Source of the DNA: Candidatus Lindowbacteria bacterium RIFCSPLOWO2_12_FULL_62_27
GTDB taxonomy: Bacteria; Lindowbacteria; 2-12-FULL-62-27
DNA length: 64,000 bases
Direction: 5' to 3'
NCBI GenBank assembly: GCA_001784175.1
Contig: MFPR01000026.1
Coordinates: 1-64,000, forward strand
The notes under the pieces are model-generated. The model saw only the letters and a program-made list of their open reading frames with translations, was not told the DNA's origin and ran no database searches. Position 1 is the stretch's first letter; every line of letters starts with the position of its first letter. Positions 18,007-27,423 of the stretch are shown piece after piece. The translations under genes were made by a program, and so were the position numbers.

Positions 18007-18435
18007 ATGAGTACGAATCGATACGAGTGTGTGCTGATATTTGACGTGCAGGCGACGGACGCTGTGCGGGAGGGCATTCTCAAGGAGCTGACGGCGCTGG
18101 TGGATGGAAGCGGTGGCGGGGTCGTTGAGACCGTGCCGTTCGGCATCCGCACGCTGGCCATGGAGCTGAAAGGCCGCCGGCGCGGGGATTACCGCATACT
18201 GCGGTTTCAGACCGCCGGCGACGTGCTTCAGAAGATGGACCGGATGTTGCGGCTCAAGGAGGAAGTGTTGCGGTTTTTGATCACGAAGTATTATCCGCCC
18301 AAACCCAAAAAAGAGAAGCGGAAAAAGTTGCAGAAACCGGAGATCGCCGGGGCGGAAACGGAAGGAGAAAAAGCGGATGGCAAATCTGAACAAAGTGCTG
18401 CTGATCGGCAACCTGACGCGCCAGCCGGAGCTTAG
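18007..18435 (+). CDS. rpsF: 30S ribosomal protein S6
   Basis: RYECVLIFD..FGIRTLA..LRLKEEVLRFLITK; rpsF-ssb-rpsR synteny. Confidence 0.9.
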   Translation: MSTNRYECVLIFDVQATDAVREGILKELTALVDGSGGGVVETVPFGIRTLAMELKGRRRGDYRILRFQTAGDVLQKMDRMLRLKEEVLRFLITKYYPPKPKKEKRKKLQKPEIAGAETEGEKADGKSEQSAADRQPDAPAGA

Positions 18436-18817
18436 GTACACGCCCGGCGGTTCGGCCGTCACGACGCTGGGGGTTGCGGTCAACCGGCGGTTCAAGGATT
18501 CATCGGGGGCGTTGAAGGAAGAGGTCACGTTTGTGGACGTGAGCGTGTTTTCGAAGCAGGCGGAGGCCTGCTCGCAATATTTGCAGAAAGGCAGTCCCGT
18601 CTTCGTCGAGGGCCGCCTTCATCTTCGCAAGTGGGAAACACCGGACGGCCAGGCGCGCACCAAGCTGGACGTGACGGCCGAGCGGGTACAGTTTCTGAGC
18701 CGGCGCGGCGACGCGCCGTCCCGAGTGGCCGAGCCGGTCCCCGCGGGAGAATCCGCGGAGGCGGCGCCGCCGGCTCCCGATTCGGATCTTCCTCCCGACG
18801 ACGACGTTCCATTTTGA
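18377..18817 (+). CDS. ssb: Single-stranded DNA-binding protein
   Basis: NKVLLIGNLTRQPELRYTPGG; acidic tail DDDVPF. Confidence 0.97.
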   Translation: MANLNKVLLIGNLTRQPELRYTPGGSAVTTLGVAVNRRFKDSSGALKEEVTFVDVSVFSKQAEACSQYLQKGSPVFVEGRLHLRKWETPDGQARTKLDVTAERVQFLSRRGDAPSRVAEPVPAGESAEAAPPAPDSDLPPDDDVPF

Positions 18818-18861
18818 GCGGTCGACGCTAGAGAGCGAAAAAAGAGGGCAGGTCACAAGAA

Positions 18862-19089
18862 ATGGTTTTCTTAAGAAAGCGCAAGAAGCGCCAGTGCGTC
18901 TATTGCATGACGCAGAAGGATCCCTATTATCTCGATCTCGAGAGCATTGAAGGATTCGTGAGCGACTCGAAACGCATTCTCCCGCGGCGGGTCACCGGAA
19001 CCTGCGCCAAGCACCAGCGAGGGTTGACGAAGGCCATCAAGCGCGCCCGGTACCTTGCGTTCATTGCCTACGTGCCGATGGGGGCGTGA
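18862..19089 (+). CDS. rpsR: 30S ribosomal protein S18 (zinc-binding C+ type)
   Basis: CVYC..ILPRRVTGTCAKHQRGLTKAIKRAR. Confidence 0.95.
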   Translation: MVFLRKRKKRQCVYCMTQKDPYYLDLESIEGFVSDSKRILPRRVTGTCAKHQRGLTKAIKRARYLAFIAYVPMGA

Positions 19090-19093
19090 GGCC

Positions 19094-19546
19094 GTGCAGA
19101 AGATGATCCTGAAGAAATACGTTCCCAACCTGGGCAACGAGGGCGACATGGTGACCGTGAAGGAGGGGTATGCCCGGAATTATCTATTGCCGAGAAAGCT
19201 GGCGGTGCCGGCGGGCGAAGGGGCGCTGAAAGTCGTGGCGCAGGAGAAGCGTGGCCGCGAGGCCCGTATTCTCAAGGAGCAAACCGACGCCCGCGTGCTG
19301 GCGGAGAAAGTCTCCGGCGCGAACGTGACGGTGACGAAGCGCGCCGACGAAGACGGCACGCTGTACGGCGCCGTGACGACCGCCGAGATCGTGCACGCGC
19401 TGCTGGGTGCCGGCTTTCCGAAATTCAATCCTGACTCCGTTCACATCCACGTTCCGATCAAGAAGGTCGGAGATCACGCCGTCGAGGTTGTCCTGGCCAA
19501 GGGAATCGCCGCGCAGCTCAAGGTCGCCGTTCAGGCCGCCGTGTAA
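19094..19546 (+). CDS. rplI: 50S ribosomal protein L9
   Basis: LGNEGDMVTVKEGYARNYLLPRKLA; LYGAVT; GTG start inferred. Confidence 0.95.
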   Translation: MQKMILKKYVPNLGNEGDMVTVKEGYARNYLLPRKLAVPAGEGALKVVAQEKRGREARILKEQTDARVLAEKVSGANVTVTKRADEDGTLYGAVTTAEIVHALLGAGFPKFNPDSVHIHVPIKKVGDHAVEVVLAKGIAAQLKVAVQAAV

Positions 19547-19571
19547 ACCATTTCGGGAGGGGGTGGGGCTC

Positions 19572-20963
19572 GTGCAGACGGGGCAATTGCGCATTCCGAC
19601 GGTTCCACCGCACAATCTGGACGCGGAGGAGGCGGTGCTGGGCGCCGTCCTCATTTCGCGGGAAGCCGTTGCGGAAATCATCGAAATCTTTTCCGACGAA
19701 CCCGTTTTTTACAAGCCGACGCACAATCTGATTTTCGAAGTGGTCCGCGATCTGTTCCAGCAGGGTCAGGCGATCGACACGCTGACCGTTTCGGAAGAAT
19801 TGAAAAAGCGCGGAGAGATCGACCGCATCGGCGGCCTGACCTATCTGCACGGCCTGACCATGGCCGTACCGACGGCCGCCGCGGCCTCGAACTATGCCCA
19901 GATCGTGCGCGACAAATTCCTGCTGCGCCGGCTGATCGACGCCTGCGGCAAAATCAGCGCCGAAGCGATGGCGGACGAGGACCTGGTGAGCGAAATTTTG
20001 GACCGGGCCGAGTCGGATATTTTCAGTCTGGCGGACCTTCGCATTCAAAAAAGTTTTGTCACCCTCGTCGACGCGCTGTCCCGCAATTTTGAGGAACTCG
20101 AGCAACTGAAGGCCCGGCGTGAGCTGGTGTCCGGTCTGCCCACGGGCTTTAACGAGTTCGACCGCATGACGACCGGCCTTCATCCGGGGGACCTCTGCAT
20201 CCTGGCGGCGCGGCCGAGCGTGGGCAAGACCGCATTCGCGCTGAACGTGGCCGGCCGGCTGGCCATCCATTCGGGCAAGCGCATCGCGTTTTTCAGTCTC
20301 GAGATGACGGTGGACGCGCTGGTCAAGCGCATCCTCTGTTCCGAAGCCCGCGTTCCGCTGCATACCATTCGCCGGGGCAACGTCAGCGACCGCGACTGGC
20401 GCCGGCTGACGGACATGGCCTCCAAGATCATCGACCGGACGGCGCCGCTGCACATCGATGACAGCACGAACCTGACCGTGCTCGACATGATGGCCAAAGC
20501 CCGGCGGCTCGCCACGCGCGGCGACGGCCGGCTGGACCTGATCATCGTCGATTATCTCCAGATGGTGGAGCCGTCCGGCAAATTCGAGAACCGCCAGTTG
20601 GCCGTCGCCGAAATTTCGCGCGGGCTTAAGAGGCTGGCGAAGGAACTCAAGGTTCCGGTGATCGCGCTGTCCCAGCTTTCGCGACGCGTCGAGGAGCGCG
20701 CCGGCATGCGGCCGCAACTGTCGGACCTGCGGGAATCCGGCTCGCTCGAGCAGGACGCCGACCTTGTGGTTTTCCTGCACCGCGATGACGGCGGCGGTCC
20801 GGACAAGAAACCCCAGACCGGCACGTATCCCGTGGAGCTGATCATCGGCAAGCAGCGGAACGGTCCGGTGGGGACCGTCAATCTGGTCTTTTTTTCGGAA
20901 ATCACCCGATTCGAGAACTACGTGGCCGACACGCGGGTTGCGGATGTGGGGGCGACTGTCTAG
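19572..20963 (+). CDS. dnaB: Replicative DNA helicase
   Basis: PPHNLDAEEAVLG; AARPSVGKT; IIVDYLQ; LSQLSR; DLRESGSLEQDAD; start approximate. Confidence 0.97.
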   Translation: MQTGQLRIPTVPPHNLDAEEAVLGAVLISREAVAEIIEIFSDEPVFYKPTHNLIFEVVRDLFQQGQAIDTLTVSEELKKRGEIDRIGGLTYLHGLTMAVPTAAAASNYAQIVRDKFLLRRLIDACGKISAEAMADEDLVSEILDRAESDIFSLADLRIQKSFVTLVDALSRNFEELEQLKARRELVSGLPTGFNEFDRMTTGLHPGDLCILAARPSVGKTAFALNVAGRLAIHSGKRIAFFSLEMTVDALVKRILCSEARVPLHTIRRGNVSDRDWRRLTDMASKIIDRTAPLHIDDSTNLTVLDMMAKARRLATRGDGRLDLIIVDYLQMVEPSGKFENRQLAVAEISRGLKRLAKELKVPVIALSQLSRRVEERAGMRPQLSDLRESGSLEQDADLVVFLHRDDGGGPDKKPQTGTYPVELIIGKQRNGPVGTVNLVFFSEITRFENYVADTRVADVGATV

Positions 20964-20967
20964 CAGG

Positions 20968-22347
20968 ATGACCAAAGTCCGAACCCGTTTCTTCTGCGAC
21001 GCCTGCGGGTACGAGACGGTGAAGTGGATGGGCCGTTGCCCGGGCTGCGAGGCCTACGATTCGATGGTCGAGGCCGTGCAGGAACCTGCGGCATCGGAAG
21101 ACGCGGCAGGCCATCAGGCCGCGGCGCCGCTGAAATCTCTCGGCGAAATTGCCTCCACCGAACGTGAACGGATTCCGACCGGGTGGGGCGAGGTCGACCG
21201 GGTTCTGGGCGGCGGGATCGTGCCGGGAAGCCTGACACTCCTGGGCGGGGAACCGGGAATCGGAAAATCGACGCTGCTGTTATCCGCCGGTTTGCGCCTT
21301 GCGTCGGCCGGCCGGCGGTGTGTCTACATCGCCGCCGAGGAGTCGGCCCCCCAGGTGCGGATGCGGGCGGACCGAATTTCAGAAAACAACCCCCCGCCGG
21401 AATTTTTCGTCTGCGAAACCTCGGACCTCCCCGCCGCCTTGAAGGCCACGGCCGGCGCCGCCGTGGTGGTGCTCGATTCGATCCAGACGGTCCGCGTCCC
21501 CACGCTGCGGTCCATCAGCGGCTCCGTCCTGCAGATTCGTGAAAGCGTGTTTCGGATCCAGGAGGCTGCCAAGCCCGGTGACGGGGCCAACGGGCCGGCG
21601 TTTCTTCTGGTCGGCCACATCACCAAGGGCGGCGAGATCGCCGGACCGAAAATCCTGGAACACATGGTCGATTGCGTTCTCGCCTTCGAAGGCGACCGGC
21701 GCATGGGCCTGCGATTCTTGCGCGCCCAGAAAAATCGGTTCGGTTCGACGGACGAGATCGGCGTGTTTGAGATGGGCGGAAAGGGATTGGAGGAGATCAC
21801 CGACCCCGGCGCGCTCTTTCGGTCGGCCGGCCCGGACGCCCATCCGGGCGTGGCGGTGTCGAGCCTCGTGGAGGGGAGCCGGGCCTTCCTCGTGGAGATC
21901 CAGGCGTTGACGCAGGAGGTGAGTCTGGCGATGCCGCGCCGCGTCGCCACCGGCGTCGACCCCCGCCGGCTGCTTTCGATTCTGGCGGTGCTCGACAAGC
22001 GCGCCGGCGTCCGATTGGGAACCTCGGACGTTTTCCTGACCGCCGTCGGCGGATTTCTGGCCCGCGAGCCGGCCGCCGATCTGGCCGTCGCGATGGCCAT
22101 CGCCTCCGCGGCGCGGAATCGGCCGCTGCCGGCCACCACCGCCTTTGTCGGGGAAGTCACGCTGACCGGAGAGCTTCGGCTGCCTCCCTCGCTGGACCGC
22201 CGCGTGGGCGAGGCCGCGCGGCTGGGATTTGGAGAGATCGTTCTGCCGGATTCCGCACGGGGCCGGGCGGGCAGGCTCGCCGCCGGAGGCGTTGACATTA
22301 TATACTCAAGAAGTATAGTTCAGTGTGTGGAAAAGTATGTACGATAA
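20968..22347 (+). CDS. radA: DNA repair protein RadA/Sms
   Basis: CDACGY..WMGRCPGC; GEPGIGKST; KNRFG. Confidence 0.96.
   Translation: MTKVRTRFFCDACGYETVKWMGRCPGCEAYDSMVEAVQEPAASEDAAGHQAAAPLKSLGEIASTERERIPTGWGEVDRVLGGGIVPGSLTLLGGEPGIGKSTLLLSAGLRLASAGRRCVYIAAEESAPQVRMRADRISENNPPPEFFVCETSDLPAALKATAGAAVVVLDSIQTVRVPTLRSISGSVLQIRESVFRIQEAAKPGDGANGPAFLLVGHITKGGEIAGPKILEHMVDCVLAFEGDRRMGLRFLRAQKNRFGSTDEIGVFEMGGKGLEEITDPGALFRSAGPDAHPGVAVSSLVEGSRAFLVEIQALTQEVSLAMPRRVATGVDPRRLLSILAVLDKRAGVRLGTSDVFLTAVGGFLAREPAADLAVAMAIASAARNRPLPATTAFVGEVTLTGELRLPPSLDRRVGEAARLGFGEIVLPDSARGRAGRLAAGGVDIIYSRSIVQCVEKYVR
22292..22319 (+). promoter_or_regulatory. Internal promoter in the radA 3' end with an overlapping palindrome
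   Basis: TTGACA-16nt-TATAGT; TATACT-N5-AGTATA dyad in an abruptly AT-rich stretch. Confidence 0.5.
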
Positions 22348-22429
22348 CGTCTATACGTTTTTCCACCGGTTATTCCTCCGAGTCTCGGAGGGAAAGGCAT
22401 AAGAATAATGGAAAGGGGGTGAGGGACAC

Positions 22430-23413
22430 GTGTTATTCATCATTCTGCGTGTCACTTTTGTTTGTCTCACCGCATCGTTAGGAGGCTTGCTGGCGTATTG
22501 GGACAAGATTCAGGCAACCGTTCCCTATGGCGTTCTCCTGGGTCTTGGCGTGGGTCTTTTGGCCGTAGGGATCGAGTTTGTTTTCACGCGACTGAAGATG
22601 GCGCACATTTTGACGGTCGTGCTGTCACTCCTGCTTTCGGTTTTCCTGACCGACATCCTGCTTCTCTTCCCGTTGATACGTGGAGAGTTTGCCGTCCGGT
22701 ACTATGCCGGCGCCATTCTGATCGTTTTCTACGTATTGCTTCTGATCTGTTACACGAAGCGGAGGGAGATCGAGGAGATCTTCACGAGTCTGGGGATCCT
22801 CAAGGCGCGGGAGACGAAGTACAAGATTCTGGATACGAGCGCCATCATTGACGGGCGGATCGCGGACATTTCGAAGATCAAGTTTCTGGAAGGGGAGATT
22901 CTGATTCCGAAATTTGTGCTCAACGAATTGCAGCAGATCGCCGACTCTTCGGAGACGCTCAAGCGGAACCGCGGCCGGCGGGGACTGGACATTCTCAACC
23001 GCGTCCAGAAGGAAATCGACATCCCGGTCCGGATCGTCGACACCGATTTTCCGGAACTCGTCGACGTCGATTCCAAGCTCATCAAGCTGGCGCAGCATCT
23101 GGGCGGCAAGGTCGTGACCAACGATTTCAACCTGAACAAAATTGCCCAGCTTCAGAACGTGGCGGTTCTCAACATCAACGATCTGGCCAACGCCCTGAAA
23201 CCCGTGGTGCTGCCCGGCGAAGGGCTCAACATCACGATCATCAAAGAGGGCAAGGAGCCGAGCCAGGGCGTCGGGTATCTCGACGACGGCACGATGGTGG
23301 TGGTCGACAACGGGCGACGGTACATCGGAAGCAACGTGAACGTGGTGATCACCAGCACGCTTCAGACGTCGGCCGGGAGAATGATTTTCGGTAAACTGGC
23401 TTCACACGTGTAA
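22430..23413 (+). CDS. Membrane-anchored PIN/TRAM domain protein (YacL-like)
   Basis: N-terminal TM helices; [34 protein letters not shown]; radA-yacL-ispD synteny. Confidence 0.92.
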   Translation: MLFIILRVTFVCLTASLGGLLAYWDKIQATVPYGVLLGLGVGLLAVGIEFVFTRLKMAHILTVVLSLLLSVFLTDILLLFPLIRGEFAVRYYAGAILIVFYVLLLICYTKRREIEEIFTSLGILKARETKYKILDTSAIIDGRIADISKIKFLEGEILIPKFVLNELQQIADSSETLKRNRGRRGLDILNRVQKEIDIPVRIVDTDFPELVDVDSKLIKLAQHLGGKVVTNDFNLNKIAQLQNVAVLNINDLANALKPVVLPGEGLNITIIKEGKEPSQGVGYLDDGTMVVVDNGRRYIGSNVNVVITSTLQTSAGRMIFGKLASHV

Positions 23414-23428
23414 CGCGCCGTTTCCCTC

Positions 23429-24112
23429 ATGAAACGGCGGGCGGCGGTCACCGGGATCGTGGTGGCGGCGGGCCGCTCCAAAAGAATGGGCCGGCTGGGC
23501 GACAAGACATGGATTCGGATATCCGACCGGCCCGTTCTTTTTTATTCCCTGAAGGCTTTTCGCGCGGCCGGTATTCGCCGCGTTGTGATCGTCGTTCGGC
23601 CCGGCTCGGTCGAAGGGACCCGCCGTCGCCTCCGGTCGTTCTCGCCGGCGAAGCTTCCCGATCTGACGGTGGTGGCCGGCGGCCGGCAGAGGCAGGATTC
23701 AGTCTGGAACGGGCTTGAGGCGGTTGAGACGGACACGGTGCTTGTTCACGACGCCGCCCGGCCTGCCGTGTCGCCGGACCTGATTCGCCGAATTTGCCGG
23801 CTGGCCATCCGATTTGGCGCGTGCGTTCCGGTCGTTCCGGTGATTGACACGTTAAAGCGCGTGAGGGGCCGGCGGATTATCCGCACGGAATCCCGTGAAG
23901 GGCTGTATGGCGTTCAAACGCCCCAGGGCTTTCAAACCAAAGTTTTGCGGGAGGCGATCCGTGAGGCGCGGCGGCGCGGAAAGGTGGTCACGGACTGTTC
24001 GGCCGCCGTTGAACTTCTGGGGAAACCGGTGATGGCGACGCCGGGTGACCCCGCCAACATCAAGCTGACGTACCCGGAGGATTTGGTCCGGATTCGGTCC
24101 GTCTTGAAATGA
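23429..24112 (+). CDS. ispD: 2-C-methyl-D-erythritol 4-phosphate cytidylyltransferase
   Basis: VAAGRSKRMG; GGRQRQDSV; VHDAARP; VQTPQGF; NIKLTYPEDL. Confidence 0.93.
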   Translation: MKRRAAVTGIVVAAGRSKRMGRLGDKTWIRISDRPVLFYSLKAFRAAGIRRVVIVVRPGSVEGTRRRLRSFSPAKLPDLTVVAGGRQRQDSVWNGLEAVETDTVLVHDAARPAVSPDLIRRICRLAIRFGACVPVVPVIDTLKRVRGRRIIRTESREGLYGVQTPQGFQTKVLREAIREARRRGKVVTDCSAAVELLGKPVMATPGDPANIKLTYPEDLVRIRSVLK

Positions 24113-24124
24113 GATGCGCGGCCT

Positions 24125-25330
24125 TCAGCCGCTGATTCTCCGCAATTTTTTCCGGCCGATCCCCGCCAAGAGCCCGGCGGGGCTCTTGAATTTCGAAAGC
24201 AGGATCATCGAAGCAATGATGAACGGCTTGAAGCTTGCCTCCCGGTACGTCGTGATCCTGTATTTCTCAAACACCTTCCCGGAAACCTCCCCCTCCTTGC
24301 AGGACACGCCGGAGATGTCCGCGGGGAGACAGTGCATGTAGAGGGCCGGCGTGTCGCCCCCGCTGCGCGTGAGGGCCATGAGTTTCTCGTTGCATTCCCA
24401 CGTCTTGAACCTTGCGTTGTTTTCGAGCGCGCGTCGTTCCAGGTCTTTCAGTCCGGCCGAGTCGCCCGCGCGGAGGAGTTGGGTGCGCTGTTCCATGACG
24501 GAAAACGGCGCCCAGCTCTTGGGATAGACGATATCGGCGTTCTTGAACGCCTCCTCCATGCTGTGGGCGACGCGGAAGGCGCCTCCGGATTTTTTCGCGT
24601 TTTGTTGCGCGATCTTCAGCGTTTCCGGCAGGAGGGTGTACCCTTCTGGATGGGCGAGGACCACCTCCATGCCGAACCGGGTCATGAGCCCGATGATTCC
24701 CTGGGGGACGGAGAGCGGCTTTCCGTAGCTTGGAGAATACGCCCAAGTCATGGCGATTTTTCGGCCTTTGAGTTTGTCGAGCCCGCCAAACTCCCGTTTC
24801 AGATGGCACAGGTCCGCCATGGCTTGCGTGGGGTGATCAATGTCGCATTGAAGGTTGACGATCGCCGGACGCTGCGGCAGGACGCCCTCGCGCAGTCCCT
24901 CGTCGAGGGCCGCAGCCACCTCGCGCATGTATTTGTTGCCCTCCCCGATGTACATGTCGTCCCGGATGCCGATGGCTTCGGTCAGGAAGGAGATCATGTT
25001 GGCGGTCTCGCGAACGGTTTCGCCGTGCGCGATCTGGGATTTCTCCTCATCGAGGTCCTGGACGCCGAGCCCCAGCAGGTTCGCGGCGGAGGCGAAGGAG
25101 AAGCGGGTCCGGGTGGACTTGTCCCGGAAAATCGAGACCGCGAGCCCCGATTGAAAGAGCCTGAGGGACACGTTGGATTCGTAGAGCGATCGAAGGATTT
25201 CCGCGGTCAGGAGGGTCGCGCGAATTTCCTGATCGGACTTCTCCCAGGTCAGCAGGAAATCTTTCCCGTGCATCCCGATCGTGAGTTTGGCGAGTTCCCT
25301 GATCGCCGAAGTTGCAGAATTCTTGCGCAT
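24125..25330 (-). CDS. ygeW: Knotted carbamoyltransferase, YgeW-like
   Basis: FRDKSTRTRFS; HGETVRETANMISF; HPTQ; WAYSPSYGKPLSVPQG; HCLPADI. Confidence 0.88.
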   Translation of the reverse strand: MRKNSATSAIRELAKLTIGMHGKDFLLTWEKSDQEIRATLLTAEILRSLYESNVSLRLFQSGLAVSIFRDKSTRTRFSFASAANLLGLGVQDLDEEKSQIAHGETVRETANMISFLTEAIGIRDDMYIGEGNKYMREVAAALDEGLREGVLPQRPAIVNLQCDIDHPTQAMADLCHLKREFGGLDKLKGRKIAMTWAYSPSYGKPLSVPQGIIGLMTRFGMEVVLAHPEGYTLLPETLKIAQQNAKKSGGAFRVAHSMEEAFKNADIVYPKSWAPFSVMEQRTQLLRAGDSAGLKDLERRALENNARFKTWECNEKLMALTRSGGDTPALYMHCLPADISGVSCKEGEVSGKVFEKYRITTYREASFKPFIIASMILLSKFKSPAGLLAGIGRKKLRRISG

Positions 25331-25423
25331 GGCGTATGTCTCCTTTCGTTTCGTGAAACGGGCAGGATTTTAGCTCGAAACCTTCAACTTGCAACTTAAA
25401 TCTTTCAATGGGACAGTTTCCCC

Positions 25424-26179
25424 ATGCATCCGATCCTGTTTCGAATCGGCGATTTTGAAGTTCACAGTTTTGGACTCATGATGGCGTTCGCGTGGCTGGC
25501 GGCCGGCGCCTATCTGGACCGGGAGTTTCGCCGGCACGTTTCACGTGTTCCGCGCGCCCTCGTCGGCGATCTGATTGTGTGGGCGCTGGCCGGTTCCCTG
25601 ATCGGCGCCCGGCTGCTGTATCTGGCGGTGGAGTATCCGTCGTGGACGGCAGATGCGTGGTCCGCCGTGTTTTCCCGCTCGGGGTTTGTTTTTTATGGAG
25701 GGCTCGTGGGCGGCGTGGCGGCCGGCGTCTGGCTCGTGCGCCGGCGGGGTCTTTCGATCCGGGCCGTCGGAGACGTCGTGGCGCCGGCCCTGGCGCTCGG
25801 ATTGTGCGTGGGCCGGATCGGATGTTTTCTCGCGGGCGACGATTACGGCAAACCCAGCGACGTCCCATGGGCGGTGACCTTCACCGATCCGGACACCCTG
25901 GCGCCGCCGGGCGTGCCGCTCCATCCGGCGCAGCTTTATCTTTCCGCGAACGCCCTGGCGATTTTTTTGATCTTGAATTTTCTGCTGCCGCGCCGAATGT
26001 TCAAGGGACAGGTTCTGTCCCTGTTTTTGATGTTGTACCCGGCCGGCCGATTTCTTCTGGAATTTTTCCGGGGCGACCCGCGCGGCGCGTGGGGGCCGTT
26101 TTCGACCTCCCAGTGGATCAGCCTTCTGGTGTTCCCGGCGGGAATCTGGTTATATGCGTGGTTGCGGAGAACAAAATGA
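25424..26179 (+). CDS. lgt: Prolipoprotein diacylglyceryl transferase
   Basis: MHPILF; GARLLY; FYGG; GRIGCFLAG; HPAQLY; RFLLEFFR. Confidence 0.93.
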   Translation: MHPILFRIGDFEVHSFGLMMAFAWLAAGAYLDREFRRHVSRVPRALVGDLIVWALAGSLIGARLLYLAVEYPSWTADAWSAVFSRSGFVFYGGLVGGVAAGVWLVRRRGLSIRAVGDVVAPALALGLCVGRIGCFLAGDDYGKPSDVPWAVTFTDPDTLAPPGVPLHPAQLYLSANALAIFLILNFLLPRRMFKGQVLSLFLMLYPAGRFLLEFFRGDPRGAWGPFSTSQWISLLVFPAGIWLYAWLRRTK

Positions 26180-27357
26180 AACTTCGGCAGTTTTTCCTCG
26201 TGTTGCTCTGTTTGTTCGGCCTGGCCGACGTCCTGTTCCTTTCGGCGCAAGAGGACAAGGGAACGATCGGCCAGTTCTGCGAATCGCTGGCCGGCTCGTT
26301 CGGCGCGGGATGCGAGAAGGTCCTGTCCTCCCGCTTTTCAACGGTGGCCGGATTTCCGCTGAGCCAATGGGGCATGGTCTATTATCTGACGATGCTGTGG
26401 CTGTCCATCTGGGTCCGGGTGGAAAGCGACCGCGGCGGCGGCCGCGCGGCAGGCGTTCTTCTGGCCATCCTCTCGGGGACGGGCTTGGGCGTATCCGTTT
26501 ATCTCACCTATCTTCAGGCGGGACCGCTCGGCGCATGGTGTCCCTTTTGCCTGATGTCCGCGGCCATCACGCTGCTGATTGCCGTTTTGTCTGTGTGGGG
26601 CGCCTGTCGAAGTATTTTCGGCGGCGGCCCATCTAACGGCGCGCCGGCGGAAGTCCTGCCGCTCTCACGGTCCGGCGCCACGGCGGTGGCGGCTCTCTCG
26701 CTGCTCTCCATTCTCATGGCGTCCGGTCTGGCCGTTGCGCTCCTGTCACGCCGCCCGGAAAAGGCGTCGTCGGCGCTCGAGGACATGATGCGATATGTTC
26801 CCCGGCGCGTCACGCCGCCGGGCGGACAGGCATACGGATTGGACACGGCGCCGGTGGCGGTGCAGGCGTTTCTGGATTACACGTGTCAGCACTGCCGGTC
26901 GTTTGAAGCCGACGTTTTTCCAAGGATCCGCCGGGAGTACATCGACCCGGGCCGTGTCCGGTGGATCAGCAAGGTTCTGCCGCATTCCGACCAGGGCGCG
27001 CCGATGTTTTTCAGCATGGCCGGGATATGCGCGCGGTCCACGAAGGATTCCGGCGCGATCGAGCGCGCATTTTTTTCCTACCCGATGCCTTCGCCGAAAA
27101 CCGGATTCGACGCGCTGGTCGACGCGGTCCAGAAAGTGGGCCTGGACACCCAGGTCGCGGCCGGCCTCCGGACCTGCATGGAGACGCGGTACCGGGACGT
27201 CCAGCAGCAGGTGATTGTTGAGGTTCAGCAGGCGTTTAGCTATGGTTTAAAAGGTCCACCGGCGTTTGTGATTGATGGCATCGCATTTCAGGGAAGCATG
27301 GAGTATCGAACCCTGTCGGACTTGCTTGAGTTATTCCTGACCCAGCATCAGCCCTGA
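26176..27357 (+). CDS. VKOR-family protein fused to a DsbA-like thioredoxin domain
   Basis: Loop cysteines FC..GC, active-site WCPFC, C-terminal DYTCQHC and GPPAFVIDG; ATGA overlap with lgt. Confidence 0.85.
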   Translation: MKLRQFFLVLLCLFGLADVLFLSAQEDKGTIGQFCESLAGSFGAGCEKVLSSRFSTVAGFPLSQWGMVYYLTMLWLSIWVRVESDRGGGRAAGVLLAILSGTGLGVSVYLTYLQAGPLGAWCPFCLMSAAITLLIAVLSVWGACRSIFGGGPSNGAPAEVLPLSRSGATAVAALSLLSILMASGLAVALLSRRPEKASSALEDMMRYVPRRVTPPGGQAYGLDTAPVAVQAFLDYTCQHCRSFEADVFPRIRREYIDPGRVRWISKVLPHSDQGAPMFFSMAGICARSTKDSGAIERAFFSYPMPSPKTGFDALVDAVQKVGLDTQVAAGLRTCMETRYRDVQQQVIVEVQQAFSYGLKGPPAFVIDGIAFQGSMEYRTLSDLLELFLTQHQP

Positions 27358-27423
27358 CGGCTGACCCGGGGTCGGTCAGGCCGGCATCCGAACAGAGGGC
27401 GTGGTCTATCCGGGGAGGGTTGA

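Noticed and set aside
25492-26175. N-terminal extension of the 621-aa ORF
   Set aside because: Overlaps lgt entirely; the real VKOR start is ATG 26176.
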